Assembly: GCF_964355755.1 (NCBI RefSeq)
Contig: NC_092679.1
Span: forward strand, 21,745,432-21,809,431
From: Antedon mediterranea
Taxonomy: Eukaryota; Animalia; Echinodermata
Direction of reading: 5' to 3'
DNA length: 64,000 bases
The notes beneath the pieces are model-generated. The model did no database searches, was not told where the DNA came from, and worked only from the letters and a program-made list of their open reading frames with translations. The translations under genes and the position numbers were made by a program. Shown here in pieces: positions 12,701 through 24,169 of this stretch (the stretch's first letter is position 1; each line of letters begins with the position of its first letter).

Positions 12701-15700
12701 ATAAATCTGATAGGCATTCAAGATCGTTAAGGAGCAATACTAGTTCAAAGTTGGATTCTTGCAGATGTCGCACTGAAAGATATAGGCGGTCTACTATTCC
12801 ACACTTAGCACGAATCCTTTAAGTTTAATGTTTAGTTTAGATCTTCTTTGATGTATTTTATTTCTCAGTTGATTGTAATCCAACCTTTTCAGCTCTTGCT
12901 GCTGGTTGGAATTTGATGTTTTTATACCTTAATAAATAAATAAATAAATAAATAAAATGTTGTGTATTCGAAAAAACCAATCTGTGGTGTGGCCTTCCTC
13001 CTGTCTAAAATGTGGTTTCCACTAGAGACGCAACACAAGGACGTACGCGCAACACAATTGAGTTGACCAATGACAAGCCACTGTTCGAATAATCCATCGC
13101 TTGTGATTGGTCTAATCACTTATGTTGTGTTACGTCCCTGCGTTGTGTCACTAGTGGGAGACCAAGCTTAACCTTTGACATTCATTATTTATATACCTTT
13201 ATTTAAAATCTCCAGGCTAGGTCTCCCCCTCCACAAATTCCATTCTACAAAGATGAAGATTATCTGACAAGAGTCTATGGTAAAGCTCAACACTCACCAA
13301 AGAGAAGGACATTGAAGTCAGGACCTTATCTTCGTTATAGGTCATCGCCTCCGAGGCCAAAGGTCACGCGACCATCAGCAGTGCAAGACATTCCTAGTAA
13401 GTTAAGATAATAATTGATTGAATTTTATTTAACTGGCAGTGGCATTCACTCATATTTCACAATACAATACTAGATAATTTCACTCATCAGATTTAGCTAA
13501 AGTCAAAATTTAATAAGCAGATACTTTTACATACCATATAAATAAATAAAATAAATATTGATGACAGACTTTTTTTATGTCAATAATTTTGCTTACGATA
13601 AATAAAGCTTATTAAATGCCTCGCTATAGTCATCTTAACAAATAAAGCTTCAGTTTTTCACTTAAGCACTAACTATCATGACTTAAGCAAATGTTCCAAT
13701 TGTTTGAACAAAATATTTACTTTGTACTGGTAATATAGATTTGATAATAATCATAAAGTTGAAACTAATAAATAATCGATATATTACCCACAAATTCCCT
13801 CATCTAAAAACCTAAATTTCATATTTGTCATATAAAAATTAGTACACCAATATTCAGAAGTGTTTCCTTAAATATGCATTGAAATCCTGTACAGAAAGCT
13901 TCTAGCCTAATACCTGTATCGTCATAATACCGCATCCTGATTGAGTGATGAATGACATGTAGTTGCCGTCCTGATTATTTCCTATTTTTGGGCTTAATAT
14001 TAAACTCTGTTGACTGAATGAAGTGTCATCATTTATTACACTGATAGATAAGATAGTAGCAAGTTTGACATACATTTATGAAAAGGAGTGCTTTGCAGAA
14101 TTGAACACATTGTAATTAAGTCTGTGGTTGATCTTTTTGATTGGCTATTTGTTTGTAGAGTTGAATAATCTACTGTATGGTTGTATTTGCCTCATGAATT
14201 ATTCATGAATCTAAAGATTAAACATGCATATTCATTATTTTGTAAAAGGACAATGAAAGTATGTTTACTGGATGTGTCCCTAGTACAAGCCTTGTAGTGC
14301 CTTTTTTTTTTATTTTTAGTGCATGGAGGAGATATTGAGAAAGTTTGGTTTACTGTAGGTGTTTGATGATGGGAAACTGTGGAGTTGTTTATTGAGATAA
14401 AACAAATACAACCAAAGATTTAATATGAGACAATTTCATCATCGCTTTATAACTTTTTGCTCCTATCTTAATCTTGCAGACTTGAGCAAAGACAAAACTG
14501 ATAATGACACACCTACCCCATCCCTCCAGCACACTGGCCTTTTTTCAATGTAAAGTATTGAAATGTCTAGTTTCAACCTGTTAACATTTTCCTTAATTTT
14601 GTTTTATCTTCTTAGGTTCAAGACCAAAAAGTATAAAAACTAAGCAAGAACAACAGAGGGCGCTGTTCCAGAAAACACCTGATCATCAATTCTACTTTGA
14701 CCCAAGTTTTCAGACCGCATTACCCCAACCCGGTACCAGCAATCAGGGCCTAGGCGCGCCCATCCACGGGCAACTAATCCCAATGGCGATACCTTTAATG
14801 CAGCCCCGAACCAGTGGTACGGACGTACCGCTTTCCATATATAGGCGAAGAGATGATGATGATGAGGAGGAAGACGATGACGATAATGAAAATGGACATT
14901 TAGATGGAGGTGTTCATGATTCTAATCCTAATATTTTATATAGTGAATTTGAGTCAGAAAGAAAAACAAAACCACAGCTAAAGATCCAGGTAAGATTTCT
15001 TCAATTTTTTTTCTTTATATATAGAATAAATTTGATATTTATATTTATATTTCAACACTGTTAAAATGTACAGTACATGAAACTTTTTTTTTATTTGTGT
15101 AATCATAAAATTAGTGATCTTTTGTGCTAAATATTGTGGACGTTGCAGGTCTTTTCTTTTATTTGATAGAGATGAAGATGGAAAGTGTTATGAAATGGTC
15201 TAGGGTTCAATCCTGACCTAGTGCCATGGTTGTAACTCGCGACTCTTTCAACCCCACTCCCTAAGCTTCAAATGAGACCTTAAGCAAGATAAGTTATTGT
15301 TATGAAATTTAAAAATGAATAAATACAAAATTATGAATTCTTTATTTTACAGACAATGCCACATATTGATATACAACCAGGAAGAACAACACAAAGAGAA
15401 GAAATCCAAATAACTGAACAACATGAGGACGGAAAGGAGGAAGAACACAGCTTTGAGGTACTATAAATAAGTCTTTTTTTATAAATTACTTTTAAATAAT
15501 TAATTTGTCCATTGTGTCTTTATTTTGAATGTAAATTATAATCTAATAATTTAGCTCTAGAATATTGATAAATAAATGAAAGATTCAAGTTAAAATGTCA
15601 ACATTTTATTTCACACTACAGACTGTTTCATGAAGGAGAAAAAAATATATGTGTTCCGTTACACCCATCTTTGCTATTTTAATATTTTCATTGGTTTATT

Positions 15701-18700
15701 TCACTGTAGAATGAAGGCCATTCAGAACAGTTTCAAAATTACATTGCAGTTGAGGAGATAAGAGAAGTATGTTTATAATAACAAATTTGACATTGTCATT
15801 TAGTTTATTATAAAATTAAATTGTCATTGTATTCTAGGATAAATTGTAATGTAATTAAATCTAATACATCAACATTAACTGCATCTGTGCGTTCTTTTAG
15901 AGATCAAAATGTTTTTAATATATCAGGCTAGTTAGTTAACTAATTGATAATATCCTGACTTGTTGGAACTTCAAGACAGTAGCCACAGCGAGGAAGTCAC
16001 ACTAGCCTTACAATCACATGTTGGACAGAACACAGGAAGCCTAGCCACGAGGCATATAGTATAGTGTTCTGCACTTACGTAGAAGCTAGGCTATGCTATG
16101 AGTAACATATCGCATTTAAGTAAACTACATGCCTAGAAAAACACATGCTCAGGAAGCCCAGTTACGAATACTATATGAATTAGCCCTAAAAAAAACAGGC
16201 TAGGCTGTAAACCAGAGTGCTCAAACAACTTACACACAGGAAGACAAGCTAGGCCTATAATAACATATTTCATCAATCACGCATGATTTTTAATAAACCA
16301 TTAGTTAATCGGAAATATCGTTACATTCAGCGCTATTTACGTGCACGGGGGAATACAACATCTTGCAGATTGATTCAAAAGCTGGAATTGCTAAGTTCCA
16401 CATGAGCGAGCAGGTCGCAAAGCAATCCTGCCGTTAATGAAATCTCCGGTTTGTCCCCATTAGCTTGTATATCCACACCCACACAACTCATTATGTAGTC
16501 TGCTAAGTTTGATTTCACCTATATTCATTATTCAAGACACACTTTGCAGTCCAAACATGATGTTTAGTAGTGCTGTGTACGCGTGGCAAGCAGGATGCTT
16601 CCATCAATACCGCCTCCAAACGTATGACACGCCCTGTCAATCACCTTAGATTAAATCCACTAACAGCTTCGGGATACTAGAAACTATATTGGATATAAAT
16701 AGCTCACTCTGCATAAACAATTAATTATTTAACCTATCGCTTTTTTTAATATAGCCTCAACAACAAATATCCACAGTACTGTAAATGAATTGTTTTATTT
16801 TTCCCTGCGGCATTACTTTAGATTTAATTCATAAATTCATTTCATTGATTTTTGTAGAAATGAATGGTTTAAGCAACTTGCTGTATGTTTTCTTTTATTT
16901 AATACTACTACCTCCAAATCAGATTCCTAAAAATAACCCCCTCAATTAGCGCTAAACAATGGGCCAAATACTGTTCTATTTGATATGCACTGTGTATATA
17001 CAAGTGAGAATAAATCAATCATTTTTATTCTAAAATCAATATAAAAACATACACAAATACAATACAAATAATATGGTACAGCATTATGTCCAGTTATTGG
17101 ACGGTTTGAAAGAAAGAATATCTTCTTGCATATTTAAACATTTCCAAATTTTTTAGTAAAGTTGGTGTAAAATATTCAAACCAATATAATGAACAATCTC
17201 CATTTCTAACAAGCAATCCCATTGGTCGATTCCATTAAAAAATTGCTGTTTCAACTTCTGTCGGTCCTCTGTTGATCACAATACTTCAGTCATTGAACCT
17301 GTGTATATATCTAGGTTATCTTTGTGTTTGATTGACAGTTTGTCTGATGCACACTGAGGATGGATATGTCACTCCTTCAGTCAGCGAGTCTGTTTTATAA
17401 CGTTCTGACGATTAATCTATTTCAAGAGCTGTAAAAATGAGGATTTTTTTAAACCCAAACTATACAGCCATTACTGGTTATTAACTACGATAGATTAAAG
17501 TTTGATTGAAGATAACCCAGATTGCAACGTGCCTTGTGTTACATATGACAAAAGTTTTTAGTTATTTCGTTTTACGTAAAAGCCGCCATTTTGATTTTCG
17601 AAACTAGAATGTGAACCTACTATAGATTTTCGAAACTGAATAAAAAATAATTATTATTATTTATTTGGAAGCTACATTTTTCAAACAGTGGCACAATTCT
17701 TGAATGAAAGTGTGTCCAGAGTAAGTAAAATAAAAGTAAAAGAAAGGCCTATTTACAAGAAAACTTATAAACTAATATGACATGCCACTTGTGCCAAAAT
17801 GTTTTTTTTTTATAAATATTAAGCCAAATCTCTGTCCTAGACTAACCATGGAAATATAGTATCAGAGAGGTTTGCATTCTATGCTAATTGATTTATTTGA
17901 TAAATATCGTTTTTCCCCATTTATCTTCTTACACCACTTCTATATTATTTACTTTATTCAGTAAAAACTTTACAACCAATTCATTATTAGAAATCATCGT
18001 TTAAATTGATATTTCTATTCCTACAGGATGATTCAATTGATGAATTACCAATTCCCCAAATAGCATTTGCTGGTCAACCGCACCCTGAAACACATTACAC
18101 TGGACCACCATTCCCACCAGAACCTCCACCTCAGTTGACAGAAGATCTACCATCCAGTACTATAGCATCTGATATCAAGAGAAGAGAGCTTCTTCATAAC
18201 CAAGCTGTGCAATGGTACGAAATAATGAATCTTATGAGTTGAATGGGGAAACTATTTCATAAAGATTGACGGGTCTATATAATGAGGCAGAACTGAGAAC
18301 AGTCAAACTTTCAATTAATGAGATATTATCTTCATTTAAGCGTTATTTATTTATTACCATCTTTAATGAGGGTGGCCTGTCCAGTTCCAGTAAAGGATCT
18401 TGAAAAAACATACAGGTACAAATATATAAATAAATGTCTTTCACATCTGCTATGCTCTGGCTCTGGCAAATAAAATCGCACCTAAATGTTTCATTTTCAC
18501 GACATTCCATGCGGCTATGCATGTGAAGAGAAAAAAATCAGAACTGGAGCCAGACGTAAGCAATTTAATAAACATCTGTTGTACTTTTTATAGGATCGAA
18601 CAAGAACTTATGGCACGAATGGTGAGTGACATGTACCATAGGCAAGAAGACAATGAACAATCGCAAGAGGAAGAAGACACTGCATCTGACATTTCTTCCC

Positions 18701-21700
18701 AGGATGCAATTGGTGAGTCCGTCTTCTTTATGGTGTACTGCTATGTAAAGAAAGGTTTATTTTCCATCTTCTAATTGGTCAATTATAGTGGGTAATTTGA
18801 TAATGGATTACATAAGGTATATTAAATAGACAAAAAATCTCCCTTGATATGATTTTCTGTATTTGCCAATTAGATGGTTTAAAACAGAGAAAGAGACACC
18901 TAAATCTGTTCTGGCATATCTCTTTTAGTGGATGCAATAAGTGGGGCAGCAGGACTCCAGCTTTTTGTGGATGCTAGACAACCAGTGAATCAAGAGCTAG
19001 TGTTGAACCTCATCAAAGAGGCCATTGCCGAAAGAATAGCTGCCACTCTTAGTCAGCAAGAAGTGGAGAGGTCTTCTGTGAAAGAAGTTATTCAAGTTGA
19101 TGAAGAAAGTGACATAGAACAGGTATCCATTAATCTCCAGAGTTATTTTCTAGCTATTTACTTTTTTGATAACCATTGTATTTTTGCCCATGCAAATCTT
19201 GGAATGTTATAGTCTAAACCTGCATTATATGGAATATATTTTTCAAACTTAATTTTGATATCTTTGAATTCACTGACAGATTTTGTGATTTTAACCATCT
19301 TCATTTACTATTCCTACTTCTGTATACACATATGTTATATAACACCTAAATAAATTCCTGTTATTTGATTGGACGATTGTGGTCACATGGCGTGCAATAG
19401 TACAAACTATTTTATGCATATTTATTATTTGTATATTGCAGTATAATAAAAACAGACTAAACATGTAGTAAAATAGAGCCACTTAAACCTACTCCCATCA
19501 ATTATTCAACGTAAACATTTTTTAAAATATATAATTTTCTTTGTCTGGGATTAAATATGATTTCTGTGATATACCGGTAATACAAAAATATGTTTCCTCT
19601 TTCAAGGAACCTGTAGCAGCACCAATTGCAACTCCTGAAATAACACCAGTGCACACTCCAATAGCATCACCACCAGTAAAGAGATCGTTGCCATCCACCC
19701 CAATAGCAACACCAACTCCTTCAGAAAATGAGAGTATGCAAGAAGAGCTGATAAAATCCTTGCCAAGGCAAATGACACCTTTAGAAGATGGTAGGTTGAC
19801 AGTCTTAAAGGAAAACTTTACCGAGAACCATATTTTTACAATGCATTGGGGATGTACATATAAGTTTAGAACAATTGCGAGATTTACGCTCGCCGTACTG
19901 CTGTCACCGTAATTTGCTATGACATCGAGTGTGCTTAGCAAAATCTACCTCTTAATTTTTCACTGTACCTGTCATTTCAATTGCTAATTTTACCTGCATT
20001 AGGCTTAAATTTGCCAAAATGTTTAGTCTCTTATTTTGAATATCCAGATAGGCAAAAGAAACAATAACAAAATTCAACATTTATATTTTTTACATCTCTA
20101 ATACGTTTTCAAAATTTGGTTCTCATTCAATTTGTCCTTTAACTCTTTGATCTTTATGCATTCATACTCATACATTGAGGGCAGTATTAATTGAATCTCT
20201 CCTGCAAACATGCTATTTGCTGTTTTGAGGGTGAACACATTTTCTTTGCATTCAAGACTGGAAAGAGCCATGAGTAAATGGTAGGACATCTGATAATTGT
20301 ATATACGCAAAGAGCCATGAGTAAATGGTAGGACATCTGATAATTGTATATACGCAAAGAGCCATGAGTAAATGGTAGGACATCTGATAATTGTATATAC
20401 GCAAAGAGCCATGAGTAAATGGTAGGACATCTGATAATTGTATATACGCAAAGAGCCATGAGTAAATGGTAGGACATCTGATAATTGTATATACGCAAAG
20501 AGCCATGAGTAAATGGTAGGACATCTGATAATTGTATATACGCAAAGAGCCATGAGTAAATGGTAGGACATCTGATAATTGTATATACGCAAAGAGCCAT
20601 GAGTAAATGGTAGGACATCTGATAATTGTATATACGCAAAGAGCCATGAGTAAATGGTAGGACATCTGATAATTGTATATACGCAAAGAGCCATGAGTAA
20701 ATGGTAGGACATCTGATAATTGTATATATGCAAAGAGCCATGAGTAAATGGTAGGACATCTGATAATTGTATAATTATACGCAAGTATTTGATTTCACTC
20801 TTACAGAATTATTCATCTTTATTATTATTTATTACAATTTATTATTTCATTATTTTTGCTTGGAAATTTAGAATTTCTGTTAAATTATTGATTTATTATC
20901 TATTTTTTATCGTAGATTTAGAAGTAACTATTGCTGGTCCTTTAAGCCCAGTGACAACACCAGTACAAACACCGCCGCCATCACCACCAGCGTTTCCAGC
21001 AACACCAGAAGTATCCTTACAACCTCTTGAGTCTCCAGAGGCAGAATCACCATTAAAGTCTACCATTCCAATGTCTCTCAAAGAAGCAGCAAGCCCAGAA
21101 CCTTGGACGGATGACCCTCCATTAGCAGAAGAGAAAATGCTGGAACAAATAGGAGGAATAAATCCTGATAAAAGGTATACACATTGAAAAACACATAGAA
21201 ATGTTAAAATATGTAAGAGAAGTACAAAATAAACACTTATTTAAAAACGCACAGAAAAAGTTAAAATATGTAAGAAAAGTATTAAAAAAATATGTTAAGA
21301 AATGTACTGTATATGTAATAAAAGTGGGACGAACCAATGTAAAACCAAAAAAAAAGGTATAACGCCATTTACCATATCACAGGCGTCTTGAAGTGTTTAA
21401 TCCATGCCCTCAATTTTAAGGTGTTTCTTCGGACAACCAAAATACATGTTCAATCTAAAATACTTGAAATTATATTTCAATTGTATTTTGTGCTTACAGT
21501 GCTCAAGAATTTGAAATTAGTCAAGACATCTTAGTCCCCTTAACACCGGTACCAGCAACTCCACTAAAAGAACTTCCAGACACTCCACCGGTCTATCAGT
21601 CACCAGATATGTCAGAAAGTAGCGAGTCTACTCAAGAACATACCAGCACAGAGACAACTGACAGACCCATCTCAGAAGGAGAATGGCTTACTGGTCGCAG

Positions 21701-23704
21701 CCAAGGAGAAGTGATTCCACGTATGTTGATTCATTCCTTGCATTTTAATTCAGTTTTTGTTGATATTGTGTAAAGAAATTTCTGGCAAAATAAATCAAAT
21801 TAGCCTGACCTATGTTTGAATTAAGTTGATTTTGAATCAACTATATATCTAAATTTCTTTGTCTTTTGCAGGTAAAGATCTACCATACACAAGCTCATCT
21901 GAAGACACAATATTGCAGACTGAGGAGATGGAGGATCTTACTATGGTTGGTGGATTATTTTGTCTTTGTTTTTTCTCTTTACTAGCTGATTGATTGAAAG
22001 GGATTGTGTATTATTATCAAGTACTGATTATTACTACCGTTGTTTTGTGTGTATATTTGATTTTTATATGATTAAGTATTTTCCCCAGCCCTACATCTTG
22101 TAACAAGCCATTTTAGCTTCATGATTGTTCCTTTTTTGTCTTTGAAACTTTTATTATTATTTTTTTTTTTTTTTTTGACAAATATATAATCTACATATGT
22201 GTGTATTATAACACACCTGTAAGTGTCATTTGATTGGTTAATTACGCATAACGTGCTGTTCAGTGTTAGGTCTACAAAATGGAAAACTTATATCTAATAG
22301 TGATAATTAATTAATGGTTCTAATGCATGTTCAGCTTTTTTGTACGGAAAACTCATGAAATATTCTCATTTATTTAGTCATCATTATATTATTTTGTTGT
22401 TAAACTTAGGATGAACCACCCAGTGAAGGAGAGGTGTTGTTGAAAAAAGTGCATTTCCAACAAGATCCTGTTCTTGCACTTCTGGCAAAAATAAATCAAC
22501 CAACATCAGAAGCTCACCAGTCTACAATGGATAGTGAACTCAGTATTGGTGAGGTTGCTTTTCGAAAGAGAAATCTTCCATCATCTGTAACTGGTAGGTT
22601 ACCAACGGCAAGACAGCAGTCTGACTCAGAGACTGAAGCTGGAGAAGTGAGGAAGAGGATGAATGATGGCTCTTCTCCTGGTGAGGTCATCCCAACCAGA
22701 AGACCGCTAGAAATAGATGATTTTACAATGAGAATGTCTGATTTAAAGCCTTCTAAATCTAAGGTGCTGCCATCAACTAAGATAACACAGCCAGAAGATG
22801 AACAACCACTTGATCAAGAGTCTGATGTGTCGTCTTTTTCTAAAGAGAAGCCTAGTAAGATTCCAGTAGCCAGACCCAGAGTGATCCAAGTAACCAGCAA
22901 AGCTAAGTCACCAGAACCTCCGATGACAAAAGATCAGAGAAAAAAGTCTTCCAATGTTGAAGAAATTTTTGAGAAGGAACCACCACAGCAAGTGGGTAAG
23001 TAACTAAAGTACTTAGACAATCGGACTCTGCTGTAATCTCAGCCCCTGTCTTTGTGGCAGATAAATACGTGCCGTTTTGTTGCATGGACTGAAAATGGTT
23101 GCATATGTCGTCCACACATGCAATTTAACCCAATTAATCTGCAAGACCAGGTTATTCCCACACATTTAACAAAGAATATTATATTAAATTTACTGAAAAT
23201 TAGTATAGTGTCACTATTGCTGTACTATTAATACTGATTGATGAGAATAGTAACAAATGTCATATGATCATAAATTCACAATAAAATAAAATTCTCAAAC
23301 GTTACAGATTGAAATGATCTTTCTTTTCAGCAAACTTTGGTGGAACGCAAACTTTAAGCGATTTTGGTACAAGAACTTTGACTCCAGATGCTCTAAATAT
23401 GGATGCATATCTTCAATCAGGATACTTATCACAAACTTTCAGCCAATCAGAAGCAGCCACAACTGACTTTGAACAAACAGGTAATTTGATTGGTCAGAAT
23501 ACTTTGAATAATGGAACATTAAACATGTCTATTGATTCATTGGAAATGTCCCGGGATAGATCACAAACGATGGAGAAAGGGACGAGGAAGTTTATGGTAA
23601 CGCTTCCAACTGCGCATGAGCTGGAAGCGAGCATGTCGCAAAGTGATGTAGAGGTTTACAAAGACGATGGGGATGAAATTAGTGATGTTTCTGAGATTTT
23701 TTGA
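3705..23704 (+). CDS. KIAA0586: TALPID3/KIAA0586 orthologue (centrosome/basal-body ciliogenesis protein), 5'-partial; upstream exons lie outside the window
   Basis: Phase-consistent GT-AG exons: 3705-3816, (4098-4178, 4985-5053 candidate), 9605-9828, 10048-10120, 10756-11022, 13216-13396, 14616-14989, 15353-15457, 15710-15766, 18027-18214, 18594-18712, 18929-19122, 19607-19790, 20916-21174, 21500-21720, 21872-21945, 22410-22995, 23331-23704 (TGA). Motifs I recognise from TALPID3: DEDYLTRVYGK..RTLKSGPYLRY, GQLIPMAIPL, WIEQELMARM, AGLQLFVDARQPVNQELV..IKEAIAE, TETTDRPISEGE, DEPPSEGEV. Putative polyA signal AATAAA at 24083-24088. Confidence 0.9.
5218..5452 (+). mobile_element. Degenerate tRNA-headed SINE
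   Basis: A-box-like tagctgagtggtag head, SINE-body motif gtccacccatctgtaaatgagta...ggaactggccaccctacc, tttaccctttt-like tail. Confidence 0.5.
6830..7276. repeat. Intronic tandem repeat, ~105-130 bp unit, ~3.5 copies
   Basis: agtatgttggctg(a/c)cctgggaatgtcacatgacag repeated at ~6881, ~7011, ~7134 and ~7239. Confidence 0.85.
7319..7479. mobile_element. PIF/Harbinger-like MITE family A, copy 1 (orientation F)
   Basis: TIR agctctgtcta(c/g)actatcaaact...agtttgatagtgtagac; internal tgtgatgtgcccatatatgg; dispersed family. Confidence 0.75.
8025..8186. mobile_element. MITE family A, copy 2 (orientation R)
   Basis: Reverse-complement match to 7319-7479; flanked by taa/tta. Confidence 0.75.
9440..9580. 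mobile_element. MITE family A, copy 3 (orientation R)
   Basis: agctctgtctacattatcaaactagtttgac...; ends ~25 bp before the acceptor of exon 9605. Confidence 0.75.
10328..10472. mobile_element. MITE family A, copy 4 (orientation F, right TIR eroded)
   Basis: agttctgtctacactatcaaag...tgtgatgtgcccatatatgg...gtttgatagt. Confidence 0.7.
11317..12957 (+). mobile_element. 5'-truncated non-LTR retrotransposon (CR1/L2-group LINE) with uninterrupted reverse transcriptase ORF 11317-12822 and (TAAA)n tail
   Basis: RT motifs WKTASIVPVPK, DLRPISLTPVFAKIFE, QYG, DFTKAFDRVNH, GVPQGTKLGPILF, FVDD, LLGVII, YIRPVLEYACQVW; no endonuclease domain; 3' UTR ends in (TAAA)n at 12930-12957; candidate 6-bp TSD AATGTT at 11316-11321 and 12956-12961. 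Confidence 0.92.
13009..13168. mobile_element. PIF/Harbinger-like MITE family B
   Basis: TIR tggtttccactag...ctagtgggagaccaagct; homologous to 55447-55611, ~42258-42335 (partial) and 23860-24010 (degenerate). Confidence 0.7.
20262..20773. repeat. 47-bp minisatellite, ~11 nearly identical copies, in a TALPID3 intron
   Basis: Unit aaagagccatgagtaaatggtaggacatctgataattgtatatacgc head-to-tail with no spacers; one substitution in the penultimate copy. Confidence 0.97.
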
Positions 23705-23859
23705 AAGGTGATACAACTTTGCTCTTCAGCTCAAAAGACAAAACTGGAAAGTTACAATTTTCCTACAGTTCTTTGCAACAACTTCATTTACAAGCAAAAG
23801 TTTTTGGAAAAATTGTTTAACCTTATACTGTAATATCTATGCATAACTGGGCCTACTAA

Positions 23860-24010
23860 AGCTTGATTTTCACTAGGATGCAAAGCAACAACATAAGCAC
23901 ATTGTAAGCGAATTTAACACAGACAATCTGATGGTTTGAATTGATTGATCACTTGTGTTTTGTACTTTTGTTGTTCTTGCGTTACGTCCTAGTACTGTAG
24001 TAACCAATCT
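23860..24010. mobile_element. Degenerate MITE family B copy in the putative TALPID3 3' UTR
   Basis: agcttgattttcactag...ttgcgttacgtcctagt...aaccaatct resembles family B ends; lies between the stop (23704) and AATAAA (24083). Confidence 0.5.
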
Positions 24011-24169
24011 TAAAAGACATTTTCTTTTTTGAGAAGCTATGGCATTATTGGTATGAAGTACTGTATTTTATTTTCTTATAATAATAAATGCAGGAAAAAT
24101 GTAGGATATGTATTTCACACATTATGTAACACGCTTTTGCACGACTAAGCTTATATAAAAAATCCCTTT

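Noticed and set aside
11317-12822. Domesticated RT gene or retron/DGR-like system
   Set aside because: Motifs, 5' truncation, short 3' UTR and microsatellite tail are those of an ordinary CR1/L2-group LINE copy
14480-14549. Possible extra TALPID3 exon (cag|ACTTGAGC...)
   Set aside because: The available donor gives a phase mismatch with exon 14616 and read-through hits TAA; exons 13396 and 14616 already join in phase
20098-20784. Three overlapping minus-strand ORFs (144-228 aa) and a CRISPR-like look
   Set aside because: They are products of the 47-bp minisatellite; repeats are contiguous with no unique spacers, there are no cas genes, and the context is eukaryotic
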